Part shown: one piece after another, positions 1 through 13,204 of the stretch
Layout: each line of letters begins with the position of its first letter
Numbering within the stretch: the stretch's first letter is position 1
Made by a program: the position numbers and the translations under genes
NCBI RefSeq assembly: GCF_004010195.1
Contig: NC_057753.1
Location: forward strand, 1-51,166
Direction: 5' to 3'
From: Chiloscyllium plagiosum
Taxonomy: Eukaryota
DNA: 51,166 nucleotides
The notes under the pieces: model-generated
What the model was told of the DNA's origin: nothing
Databases searched by the model: none
The model's input: the letters and a program-made list of their open reading frames with translations, nothing else

Positions 1-764
1 CTCACATTCCATGAACAAATAAATCAGATCATGGTGCTGCATGTGTAAGAATGAAATGATCAGAAAAATTCTGAACTCACACTACACACAGTTTGTGGAC
101 AATGCCATTATGTCTACTTATTCTTACCATTTCAACGGATACTTAATCTGTACCAAATTAAAAGCAGCCAGGGTTTACATTTCACTGGCAATTCTACATG
201 TTGACTTTCTATTATCACAATCTCTTTGATGTTCTTATGTGTATTTAAATTAATCTTCAGATTGTTTCACAATTGAATGACATAACCAGACTGCAAATTC
301 ACAACTTCACCAAATGTCAAAACTTTTATTTTAGGCTGTTTGGGCACTAGCACTGACAAATAAAATATCAAAGAATTACAACGTTCTGAGGAGAGATACA
401 TATCTTGTTTCACCAAATATAATGGCAGTGCAAAGAATTTCACAAAAGTGCAATAAATATTCACTTTGTAGCCCATATTCAACTCATTCAAGAATTTCAA
501 ATTGAGTTTGAGGTAATTCAAAAGCAAATGGCAACATTTGTTTGTTAATACACTCACCATAAATTGTGAAAGATTATTTTTATCAAAGTTACAATGTGTA
601 ATGCCAAACAAAGCAATTAAGTGCAAAGTTATTTTCAACCATTTAATAAAACACTGCAAATTTTACTTCACATGAAAATACAATCATTTTATAATTTGGA
701 AAAGATTTTACAAAGAAAATATATTCAATGAAATAGCCTACCTGGGTATCAATATTTACAACAG

Positions 765-1062
765 ATTAGATTGGATCAGATTACTGACAGTGTGGAAACA
801 GGCCCTTCAGCCTAACAAGTCCACACCGACCCTCCGAAGAGCAACCCACCCAGACTCATTCCCCTACATTTACCCCTTCACCTCACACTACGGGCAATTT
901 AGCATGGCCAATTCACATAACCTGCACATCTTTGGACTGTGGGAGGAAACCGGTGCACCCGGAGGAAACCCACGCAGACACAGGGAGAATGTGCAAACTC
1001 CACACAGACAGTAGCCCGAGGCGGGAATTGAACCCGAGTCTCTAGCACTGTGAGGCAGCAGT
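765..1062 (-). mobile_element. tRNA-derived SINE (HE1/V-SINE-like), slightly 5'-clipped
   Basis: Minus strand reads tRNA-like head (CTGCTGCCTCACAGTGCTAGAGACTCGGGTTCAATTCCCG), central GGTTTCCTCCCACAGTCCAAAGATGTGCAGGTTA core and CR1-type tail GGGCCTGTTTCCACACTGT. Confidence 0.85.
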
Positions 1063-2477
1063 ATGTAGCTATCATTTAGCAATTGACCAACTAATTGGAA
1101 TAATTTCAGAATAAATTAGCTATTTCATTATTATATATTGAGATATTTTAATAAAAATGTCATGAAAAGGAATTCTTTAATACAAAGAACAAAACAAAGT
1201 TAAATAAAATACAAAAACATCTTACAGAATTCACTTCAAATCATATCTGTTGAATCACAAAAAGATGATGCTCAATGTACCAACTGACAAACGATCACTG
1301 GAAATGATGGAAAAACATTGTGAAGAACATATATATTTCATTTATCTCTTAAATGAATATCTACTCTGCCTTAAACAACAACTGAACAAATTTTTGTCAA
1401 TTAAAAACTACACCAGCAATACAAAGAAACTCCATCACTGAGCCGAATCTCGAATAAACATTTTTTCCAGGAAATCCTTTTCAGACTTCAGGCTTCTCCA
1501 GCTACAATTAGCATGAAGGAAAGGTTAAGCTGAGTGGGGAAAGGGCGAGTAATAGCATATCTTGGCTCTCACCCAAGTACTCTGCGAAGAAAAAAATGCA
1601 CCTGTGTGCGGAGGGATATGGGCCAAATGCTGGCAAATGGGTCACTAGATTAATTTAGGATATGTGGTGGGCCTGGGCTGAGGGGTTTGTTTCTGTGTGC
1701 TCATTACAGATACCTCTCTTCTGGGATCCCCAAGTCATCTCCTCATACCAGCTGTTATCATGAAATAATCTGACAATTGTTGACTTCCATCAACCTCTTC
1801 AATCCTGAGAAATTTTCCTCTTCCTCAAAGTTTGATTCACGTTGGCAAGTTCAATCCTTCTCCATTCCTTAGGAGCGCACTTTATAATGTGCAACGTTCT
1901 CAATACCTGTTTAACATTCAATGGGGAAACTATTTTCAGTCCAACAGTTAGACAGAATTCCTCAGAAATGTTTTTGGCAAATGCACTGCTCCCACGAGAG
2001 CTCGTGGGTCCACAGTTAGAATGCTTTTAACAGCCTTGTTGTATTTCCCCGCCTTCCCAGGATACAGAATTTCTCCCACCAGAAATTGTTTGCTCTGAAA
2101 AAGTCCAGCAGGAAAATGATTATGGAGCTCTCAGGAAAAATGACTCATTTGGATCACCCAAGGTTAGAAAAAGAACAGATCACTCCACGGTTACAGTTCA
2201 ATTTGCCCTTTCAACATTCCTTGAATTTAAGATGTTCCATTATGATCCATTAAAAGCAGTATCCAGTCTCATCTGAGTGCAGAGCCAACTCAAGAACCAA
2301 AACAACTTTTCTGTATGCTTTTTAGATGTGACATTCTCTCTTCCTCTCTCTTTGTTGAGCCAACAAGATTATCAGGGCTGGAAGTACCACTCTCAAAATA
2401 TGATTACTGATCGACTGTTTGCTTGTGCTGCTTAACATAAGGATTTAAAAGCTGCTAGCCTGATCTTGCACAAAGCA

Positions 2478-2517
2478 AGAAGCCTGAAGAAGGGCTTATG
2501 CCCGAAACGTCGATTCT
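2478..2517 (+). ncRNA. Minimal type-I hammerhead ribozyme motif
   Basis: CUGAAGA (2484-2490), extra A, stem II GGGC/GCCC, GAA-ACGU-C; stem I AGAAGC/GAUUCU pairs 5 of 6. Confidence 0.65.
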
Positions 2518-2572
2518 CCTGTTCCCTGGATGCTGCCTGACCTGCTGCGCTTTTCCAGCAACACATTTTCAG
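2478..2572 (+). mobile_element. Short PLE terminal-repeat insertion carrying a hammerhead motif, 13-bp TSD
   Basis: CTTGCACAAAGCA is duplicated at 2465-2477 and 2573-2585; the insert contains CTGAAGA-A-GGGC-TTAT-GCCC-GAAACGTC. Confidence 0.75.
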
Positions 2573-2679
2573 CTTGCACAAAGCACAAAAACAGACTGTT
2601 CACCCGTGCCTGCACAGAGGAGAAATTTCACTTGGAACAGACCACAAAATAAAAACTGTTATAAGTCCCACAACTCACA

Positions 2680-3015
2680 TGGACAAAGTTAAAAACCACA
2701 CAACACCAGATTATAAACCAACAGGTTTATTTGGAAGCACTAGCTTTCGGAACACTGCTCCTTCATCAGGTGGTTGTGGAGAATAAGATCATGATCACGC
2801 AATTTATAGCCAAAGGCATCCAATGTCATAGAAATGTGATACATTAAACAATTTTAGATTAAATCTTTCATCTTTTCAAATGGGTTTCTGCTCTTTGGTA
2901 TGTCAATCCCAGAACTTATTTTAATTATCTTCTCAAGAGTATAATTTAAATGCAGAGCATTTCTAACAATAGGTGTGAATTCTGTCTGTGTCCCAATGTT
3001 GAGTCAGATTGACAT
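2680..3015 (-). mobile_element. PLE (Neptune-like) 3' UTR/terminal-repeat fragment
   Basis: Reverse-complement homology to 4600-5020; includes the hammerhead motif at 2738-2772. Confidence 0.65.
2738..2772 (-). ncRNA. Minimal type-I hammerhead ribozyme motif, core intact
   Basis: Minus strand CAC-CUGAUGA-A-GGAGC-AGU-GUUCC-GAA-AGCU-A-GUG: stem I CAC/GUG, 5-bp stem II with one G-U, palindromic AGCU in place of stem III. Confidence 0.7.
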
Positions 3016-3344
3016 TTTTCTTAGAAAAGCTCTGCAGTTAAATTACATTCTTGAGAAGGTAATTTATAGACTAGGGTGTAGGTTAGGGTGGATATGCTGT
3101 GCTAAATTACCATAGCATCCAGGGATGTGCAGGTTAGGGTGGATTAGCCATAGGAAATACTAAGAAAGGGGGTTGGATTGGGCGGGATACTCTTCGGAGG
3201 GCCAGTGTGGAAAAGAAAGGCCGAATGGCCTGCTTCCGTATTGTCGAGATTATATGACTGGGCCCACAAAGCAGCATTTTATCTGCATCTACCCTGTCAA
3301 ACACCTTTCAGAATTCTGCTGGTTTCAATAAGATCACTTCTGGT

Positions 3345-4375
3345 TCATAGAGGTATACAGCAGATACAGACCTTTCGGTCAAACTCGTCCATGTCAACCA
3401 GGATTCCCAAACTAAACTAGTCCTGCATTTGGCCCATATCCCTCTAAACCTTTCTATTCACGTACTCATCCAAATGTCTTTTTAACTGGATGTAGGTTTG
3501 CTCACTGATCTGGAAGGTTCATTTTCAGACATTTTATGACCACAGGAGGTAACATCTTCAGTGAGCATCTGAAGGAAGAACTGCTTATGTTCTTGCAAGG
3601 TATTTTGTAAATGACATTACTTTTGCTTGTTGTCTGTATACAGTCTTTCAAATTCATTAGCTTCTGTCTTGGTGGGTTTGTGGGCTACCACAATACCAAG
3701 GGGTCTGAATAGTCAGTGAGCAAACCTATATCCAGAACCTCAACCTGAGCTACAAATCTTCTCAAAACTCACTGTCTTTTCAACATTATAACTGTATCTG
3801 CATCTACCAATTCCTCAGCAAGTTCATTCCACAGGCAAACCACCCTCTGTCAAAACGTTGCCCCTCAGGTTTCTTTTAAAATCTCTCTCCCCTCACCTTG
3901 ATAAAATATGCCCCCTAGTTTTGAATTCCCCCACATTAAGGAAGAGCCCTTTGCTACTCACCTTACCTCCACCCCTCGATTTTATAAATCTCAATAAGGT
4001 CACCCCTCAACCTCCTGTGCTGCAGTGAAAAAATTCCCAGCCTCTCCTAACTCAAACCCGCCAGTCCTGGCAATGTCCTGGTAAACCTTTTCCGAACCCT
4101 CTCTTATAGTATTCTCCTTATAACAGGGGGACCAGAACTGTACTCAATACTCCAAAAATGGCCTCACCAACATCCTGTACAACCTCAACATGATGTCCCA
4201 ACCCCTATACTCAATGGTGTGAACAATGAAGGCAAGTGTGCTAAACACCTTCTTAACCACCCTGTCTCCCAGTGATGCAACTATCAAGAACAATGAACCT
4301 GAACACCCCGAGGTCTCTGTTCTACAACATGACCCAGGGCCCTACCATTTGCCTGTACAAGTCTGGCCCTTCCTT
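3345..4375 (-). mobile_element. CR1-clade LINE 3' fragment, interrupted by a PLE
   Basis: Minus strand has decayed ORF2 C-terminal motifs (LEY*VQFWSPCYK) and the tail GTCTGTATCTGCTGTATACCTCTATGA. Confidence 0.8.
3487..3772 (-). mobile_element. Poseidon-like PLE fragment with inverted terminal piece
   Basis: Minus frames give RLFRPLGIVVAHKPT and NVIYKIPCK (matching the ORF at 43469); degenerate hammerhead near 3518-3555; flanked by TGTCTTTT(T/C)AAC duplication. Confidence 0.75.
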
Positions 4376-4384
4376 GTTTAAGTA

Positions 4385-5023
4385 TACCCCTCTCATACAT
4401 ACACTCGCTCTCAGACACACACATACAGACAGCCCCCAAAACACTCTCAGGCTTATACTCCATCACACTCTCACTCTCACGCACAAACCTCTATGGGGTG
4501 AATTTGTATTGGCAGAATTATATTTGCAGATACATTCAAGTTTGCTCAAAAAGCACACAATCTGCAGACAGTCAATCCATGCAATATTTTATAAATTCCT
4601 ACTTTGGAAATAGAACCAGTCTGATTCAAGATTAGGATACTGACAGACTCGAACCTCACACCTTTAATGCACTGTCTGAGCAGAGATGTCACCTATGTTT
4701 TATAAAGCCTTAAGTCATCTCGGGAATGTGACTTAAAAGATGTTCTGCGATTTACATATTAATGAACCAAAACCTGGAAACCATTCTAAAAGAAAGATGA
4801 AAGTCTTAACAGCAATCTAGGTTTGTTCAATATATCCTATCAGTTGCATGACACTGTGATCTTTTGCTATAAAATCTCTGTCTTATGATCCTGCTCCACA
4901 GTTACCCGATGAAGGAGCAGCGCTCCTAAAGCTAGTGCTTCCAAATTAACCTGTTGGACTATAACCTGGTGTTGTGTGATTTTTAACTTTATCCACCCCA
5001 GTCCAATACTGGCACCTCCACAT
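4385..5023 (+). mobile_element. PLE (Neptune-like) 3' region: CA-rich tract, 3' UTR, mutated hammerhead
   Basis: Homologous to 31700-32040 (minus), which adjoins a PLE ORF end; hammerhead at about 4903-4937 has CCGATGA and TAAA core mutations. Confidence 0.7.
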
Positions 5024-5727
5024 CATGTCCCACACCTCCCAGTGCTGCCAGTAAACTTTACAATGCTGCTGAAACGATGCAGTACCTGCACTCCTGAAAA
5101 ATGTACAACTAACGATACCAGCTACTCATTCACTGCTCCATCTGATACACGACATTGGAAACTTAGTGCAGGAGGCTGAAATAAAAATGAGCAGCTTTCA
5201 AACAAAAACCTCTTGGAGCTCAAAGCTTTCAATGAGAGTCTGAGCCCGGCAGTAAGTTCAAATAACCTTTACTGTGACCCAACTTTGTTACAGCTTCAGA
5301 TCCCCCCAGCAAAAGGTGGTAGAAAAAGTAGCTACTTTTTTTAAAAAAAAGCTCAAGGCCAAAGCACACACACTCCCCCCCACCCCACTCCAAATTTCTT
5401 TACTATTAGTCAGCACCAAGTTGTCCCTTTGTAATTGGATCCTTGGTACAGCCATAACCCGGAGGAAGTATTGCCTCACTCAGCAAGTTCAACCCAGATT
5501 CTGTATCCAAGTACGTTTCTCCCCACTCATTTGCTGGGGATGACTGAATGAATTCTTTCCCACAACAGCAGTTTCCTTCCCTAAAAAGGACGTGAGTGCA
5601 TCAGAATGGGATTTCCCCACCCCTTCTCCACTCTCCCCTCTCCACCCCAAAATGTTTTCATTGTTAGATTCGGAACTCCAGATTTCTGACCGAATTCCAA
5701 TTCCGCCGTCTATCGCGGCAGGATTCA

Positions 5728-7181
<1,454 letters not shown>

Positions 7182-7414
7182 GGCCAAAGCTTCAGCCCGT
7201 GTAGAGCCCCTCCCCGCCGTGAATTCCTCTTTCCTGACTGTAACACTGTTTCAGGCTCCACACACAATGCGGTGCAATAGTGGGGTCTCTCATCCACTTC
7301 CACTGATACTGAAAACGTACTCAAACTGGAACCAAAGAGCTTTGCTCCTTCTCACAGAATCATAGTTGAAAATTGTTGTAGTGCCAATGGAGTCAGTGAC
7401 TGTCAGACATTGAT

Positions 7415-7537
7415 GTTAAAGTGAGAACTGCAGACGCTGGAGAGTCAATGTCAAAAAGTGCAGCGTTGGAAAAGCATAGCGGATCAGGCAGCATCCAACG
7501 AGGAGTGTTAATGTTTCGGGCACGAGGTCTTCATCTG
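7415..7537 (-). mobile_element. PLE terminal-repeat fragment with dead hammerhead inside the predicted ZNF 5' UTR
   Basis: Minus strand CAGATGAAGACCTCGTGCCCGAAACATT followed by GGATGCTGCCTGATCCGCTATGCTTTTCCAAC, the same tail family as 2478 and 40080. Confidence 0.6.
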
Positions 7538-7575
7538 TTCATTTTGAAACTTCTGTCTTCAGATCTTCAAATACT

Positions 7576-8561
7576 CTGCAAAAAATATTTCAAAAGTCAT
7601 CACTGGTAGTCCAGGGTAGAAATTCAAAACAAGCAATTCTACTTTCTGTGAAATTTTCTTTTCTTTTGTTATTCCATAAAATTGAAAGCACCATCCCACT
7701 CTCTCACCCTCTCTGTTCTCACTCTGCTCTCACTCATTCTTCTGAAGGATCTTACAGGGGCAGAAAAGCAAAATCAACACTGGGATACTGCTGAAAGTCA
7801 ACATGTCTGATTTTGGGAAGCAAAAAAAAAAGTGTCAATTTAGGGTGAACCTGAAATGCAGCTTCTTCAGGAAAAGCTAGACACAAAATGGTTAACATCC
7901 CCAGGAAGGTGGAAGCAAAATGAAACATCAAGGCACTAATACCGACACACTTCAGTCAAACTCTTCTGCTCCCAGTAAGGGCAAAACATCTTTGAAAGCT
8001 ACTCTGAAAGTCCAGTCTTCATAACCACACTTCTGCATTCACCAAATAACAATTAGAGTCATACAGCACTGAACAGACCCTTTGGCCCAACTCGTCCGAG
8101 CTGACCAGATTTCCTAAATTAATCTAGTCACATTTGCCATTACTTGGTTCCTATATGGGCCGTGTGCTGGCAGGTGGGACTAAATTGGGTTGGCTATCTG
8201 GTCGGAATTGACGAGTTGGACCGAAGGGTCTGTTTCTGCTGTACATCTCGATGTATTCATCTGCCCACCCAGATGCCTTCTAACTGTTGCAATTGTACCA
8301 GCCTCCACCACTTCCTCTGGCAGCTCATTCCACACAAGCACCACCATCTCCGTGAAAAAGTTGCCCCAAGGTCTCTTTTACATCTCCCCCCGTCCTCACC
8401 TTAAACCCTTGAGTTCTGGAATCCCCCATCCCAAGGAAAAAACCTTATCTCTTGACCCTATCCATGATCCTCATGATTTTATAAACGTCTATTCTGTAAC
8501 CCCTCAGACTCTGGTGCAGTGGGAAAAATTGCTCCACCACCACCCTTCCGTTCCTCCTCAC
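7576..8561 (-). other. Predicted intron of the ZNF gene (5' UTR)
   Basis: Donor CCCGG|GTGAGG at 8561 and acceptor TTTTTTGCAG|AG at 7576; donor context is conserved in the paralog at 27587. Confidence 0.55.
8055..8525 (-). mobile_element. CR1 LINE 3' fragments (with a short inverted piece)
   Basis: Minus RGYRIDVYKIMRIMDRV and CR1 tail. Confidence 0.75.
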
Positions 8562-8840
8562 CCGGGTAATTAAGAGAGTTTGCAGAGTCTGCTCCCTCCC
8601 TGGATTCACTTCCCTAGCGACAAATGAACAAATTTTCCCCCTCCTCTCTCTCCGTTCCAGGATGAAGAGTTGCCCAGAGGGAGACAGTTTCACACAAACT
8701 GACAGGGCCACTTCCGCGTTGTGACGTCATCATTGGGTGGGGTCTGGGGAGAGCAAGGAAGACAGGGCGAGAGAAACGGGCGGGGCGAGACTCGGGGCTC
8801 AGCCGGCAGCGGGACCCCCGCACTGCGCCTGCGCTGCCTT
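8562..8840 (-). promoter_or_regulatory. CpG-rich promoter and non-coding first exon of the ZNF gene
   Basis: ETS-like ACTTCCG (8710), CRE TGACGTCA (8722), ATTGG (8732), GC box (8778), NRF1-like TGCGCCTGCGC (8824); paralog at 27570-27790. Confidence 0.65.
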
Positions 8841-8879
8841 GCCCCGTTTGCAGACATGTCTTCCCTTCAGAGAATCCCC

Positions 8880-9097
8880 AGAATGTGGAAGCAGGCCACT
8901 CGGCCCAATGAGTCCATACCGACCCTCCGAAGGGTAACCAACCCACAACAACTCCCCTATCCATATTGCTCTACATTTACCCCCGAGTACTATACCTTAC
9001 CTGCACATCATGCATAATTTAGCACAGCCAATCCACCCCAACCTGCACATCCCTGGGCACTATGGGTAATTTAGCACAGCAAATCCCCCCTAACCTG
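8880..9097 (-). mobile_element. SINE 3' half (HE1-like) with internal repeat
   Basis: Matches 790-930. Confidence 0.7.
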
Positions 9098-9345
9098 GAC
9101 AAAGTTAAAAATCACACACCAGGTTTGGGTACAACAGTTTTATTTAGAAGCGCTAGCCTTTGGAGTGCTGATCCTTCATTAGGTGGTTGCAGAGAATAAG
9201 ATTATAAGACACAGAATTTATGGAAAAACGTTTCAGTGTCCTGCCAGTGAAATGATATATTGAACAAACCTGGATTGTTAAGACTTTAACATTTTCGAAT
9301 AGGTTGCAGGTACCATTAATATGTAAATCCCAAACTTCCTGTAAG
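9097..9345 (-). mobile_element. PLE terminal-repeat fragment, degenerate hammerhead
   Basis: Homologous to 2680-2920. Confidence 0.6.
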
Positions 9346-10499
9346 GCACACAAATTCACTCCGGTGGACTTATGTGTGAGTGAGTGCATGAGAGAGAGAA
9401 AATGTTTATTTTCATCCTACTGTTTATGCCTACTTGAGAACAGATGCCTTATTTCTGTTGGTGTAAATATTATTGTAAGTCATAGCTGGGTACTAATAGT
9501 TAGATCTAAGGGAGAGAGAATTCCTAAAGTCAGGCACTATATGAATCCTCAGAGACCCCCATTTCTGGTTTACTTCCTAATAAATAAACATTAAAAACGA
9601 GCATCTATTTATTTTGAATGTTGTTTCATTTGTCTCATTTGATTCCCTGCTATGACTGTTCTCTGTGCCTGGATGGTTGACAGGCTAGGAGATTGTGGGT
9701 TGGGGCTTGATTGACTAAATGTGTTATTGGGGGTCAAAGCTTCAGCAGAAATCCAGAACAGTTGAGAACAGACATCATAATCTGTGGGAACAGGGAGATC
9801 AACAGAGGACAGAAAAATCAAGACCTGAAATCCGAGCGGATTACACTGTGGTCAGTGCTTTGATTAGCAGTGCCACCCTCTGCCTTTACCTAGCTTCCCA
9901 TTTGACTACCCCCTCGATATTCAGGATCCAACCTTGTCATCCTGAAGCCATGTCTCTTAAGGAGTTTCAGATGATAATTATTCCCTTCAATGTGTGCAGT
10001 CAATTCATTCACTTTTGTTATAATGCACTTCGTTTTTAATTTCAATTTTTATGATGTTTCAAATCCAGTTTCGATTGCTGATATAGTTCTCTCCTTTCCA
10101 TTTTCCATATCACTACATTGCTCACTGGCCTTAATTTGGATTGGCCATGCTAAATTGTCCCCAGCGTCAAGGGATGTTCAGGTTAGGTGGGTTAGTCATG
10201 GGAAATGGAGGGTTATAGTTCCATAGTAACAGAAGCAGATGTAGGCCATTTGTCCTGTTGAGTCTACTCTGCCATTCATTACTCTCTGGGAAAAGCAGTT
10301 CCTCCTCATCTCTATCCTAAATCTAGGGTAGGGTTTCATCCCCACAGTGCAATGAATTCCCACTTTCCACCAAAATCCCAGATGTACTCACTCAGTTGCT
10401 GTCTCACAAATCAAAGACTTCATTGTGACTTCTTCTGCTCCCAGTAAAGGCAAAACATCTTTGAAAGTTGCTCTGAAAGTCCAGTCTTCACCGAAGATA

Positions 10500-11285
10500 T
10501 TTAGAGTCATACAGCACAGAAGGAGACCCTTCACCCCAACTCGTTTGTGCTGACCAGATATCCTAAATTAAACTAGTCTCATTTGCCTGCATGTGGCCCA
10601 TGTCCCTCTAAACCCTTCCTATTAATATAACCATCCAGATGTCTTTTAAATGTTGTCATTGTACCAGCCTCCACCACTCCTTGGCAGCTTGTTCCATGCG
10701 TGCACTACCCTCTGCGTGAAAAAGCTGCCCCTCGGGTCCCTTTTAAATCACTTTCCTCTCACCTCAAACATATGCCCTCTAGTTTTGGGCTATCCTGGGG
10801 AAAAGACCTTGAATATTCACACTATCCATGCCTCTTATGAATGTCTATAAGGGCATCCCTCAGCCTCCAAAGATCTGGGGAAAATAACCATGTCCTATTT
10901 AGCCTCTCCCTGTACCTCAAACCCTCCAACTCTGACAGCAGCCTTTCAAAGTTTCACAACATGTTTCCTGTAGCAGGGAGGCCAGAACTGAACACAAAAG
11001 GGGTGTAACCAATGTCCTATACAGCACAATGTAACCTCCCAACTCCTATACTCAATGCTCTGACCAATAACGGAAAGCATACCAAACACCTTCTTCACTA
11101 TTGTATCTTCCTGAGACTCTTTCAAGGAATTCTGAACCTGCACTCCAAGGTCTCTTTGTTCTGCAACACTTCCCTTACCTGTGTCAGTTCTGCCTGGATT
11201 GCTTGACCAAAGTGTGACACCTCACATTTCTCTAAATTAAACTCCATCTCCAATTCCTTGGGACATCAGCCCATTCGATCAATTC
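10500..11285 (-). mobile_element. CR1 LINE 3' fragment
   Basis: Minus VKKVFGMLSVIGQSIEYRSWEV...CVQFWPPCYRKHVVKL and CR1 tail. Confidence 0.85.
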
Positions 11286-12049
11286 TATTTTATATTAAAA
11301 CTCCTTCCTCACGCATTCCCAAACAGCTGGAAATCTCCATCCCACACACTCTCCATTCATTCTCACTTTGCTGAACTTAATCCCTGCTGTACCACATCCT
11401 GAGGGATCTGGCTCGTGCCGATTAACAGGCCCACACTGAGGTGGGATGTAATTGAAACATATAGAACACTGAACAGCCTGGACACAGTGGAGGCGAGGAA
11501 GATGCCTCCATTGGTAGGAGAGACTGGGACCTGAGGGCACAGCCTTGGAGTAAACGGAAGACCTTTTAGAACAGATACAACGAGTAACTTCTTCAGCCAG
11601 AGAGTGGTGAGTCTATAGAATTCATTGCCACAGAAGGCTGTGGAGGCAGGATTTGATGAAGAATTTGCACCAGACTCAAAGCGTTAACTCCGTTTCTCCG
11701 TGCATGGTGCCAGGCCTGCAGAGTTCCTCCAGCAATTTTGTTTTTGTTGCAGTATGTGTTGCCTGTTCCTTTCTTCTTTGCCTCATCACCTAGATTGACA
11801 GGTTGTGACTCTCTCCGACAAAGATGGTAGCCGCGCATGTGCCCCGCTGGACAATGTTCCAATAAAGACTGGCGTCTTTTACCCAGGCGCCCCACTGTGT
11901 ACATGGATAGGTGAGATAAATTCCTTATTGAGGATTGAAAAACACTTACACTAAGCCTGTCTGAGCATTCACTGATTCATCGCTGTTCCCAACGCCATAC
12001 CCTTACCCTGTGCATGGATCCGAGGAACCATCATCCCACCACCGCTATT

Positions 12050-12156
12050 ACTCATCCAGCGCAGGCTCTGTAGCCTCTTCGACACTGCGCCTGCGCATTA
12101 CTTTCCTGTTATGTCGGTAGGAGACATTCAACACCACGGCATCTATTGGGTAAGAT
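12050..12156 (+). promoter_or_regulatory. Possible promoter/first exon
   Basis: NRF1-like TGCGCCTGCGCA (about 12086), TTTCCTGTT, then donor-like GG|GTAAGA at about 12150; no downstream CDS recognised. Confidence 0.25.
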
Positions 12157-13204
12157 CCCCGCCATTGTTAATAGATCCTCGCTTCTTGTTTTCAAATTTT
12201 GTGTCTCTTGCTCCTATATCTATTTTTACTTCTTGCTTTGACTTTAGCTCATTATGTTATTTCATTTCCTTTATGAAGTTCATTTCCTATCTGTGTCCAC
12301 CCAACAATTCTGATGTTCTTCGCAAATTTGATAGCGGTGTAGGGTATACCATGCAAAATGGCAATGAAACATTACTTCTGGTGGTGGGCGTTGATTTATT
12401 CAGTCCACTGCATACAGGAATTACTTTATGTTCAGGATTCCCATTTGAAACATTAAACGTTGCTCCCATTTTAGACAGGGAAATTTATTTTTTGTCTGAA
12501 AGGTAAGCTCTGGTCCATGAGCATTTGTGTGGAGTCTACTGACAAGAAGTGCCTTTGCAGGTTGCTCCTTGCCTCACCCCCACACCAGCAGACCTCCTGA
12601 CCTCTCTCTGTCCTTTAGTACTCCTACATGTGTCACCACCGTATCCTTCAGGCTCTTGTTGCTGTATCAAGTCTTCTTGTCTAATTGACTCAACACTCCT
12701 CTTCCCTTTGTACAGGAATTGCTCCCTAACCTATGTAGCAACTCGGTCACAAAATACATCAAAGTCACGCACTTAAGACCTGAGATCCAGATCAAGTCAC
12801 AACCAAGTGGTTCCATGAGCTTTGCAATTAAAATTAAATGCAGTCTAGCCAATCTGAGATAATCTGTGTGAAGAAGTTTCCTAATTTGTTTCCTCAAAAT
12901 GAATCACATCCTACTCATTTGTGTTTTTTAATATGGACCGATATCGATTCCCCTAGCACTTGACCATTCTAATTCTGTGATTGAGCCACTTACTGGCCTC
13001 GAGCCATGAGTAGAACCTGTCAAGTGCCACCGTTAAGCCACACCTACAAACTCGTCTCCCATTCACTCTCAGCTTTCCCTCATAACCGAGCAACGGGGAC
13101 AGGAATAAAACGAACGGGAGTAAAACTCACTTTGAATATGATTAGGTTGACAGTAGAAGAGCGAGCGAATGTTCAGCACAAAAAGCAAAGTTTCAAAGGA
13201 ACAT

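Noticed and set aside
267..659. 130-aa minus-strand ORF
   Set aside because: AT-rich with non-ATG start and no recognisable motif.
12265..12320. Possible C/D box snoRNA (ATGAAG...CTGA)
   Set aside because: No canonical RTGATGA box or terminal stem.
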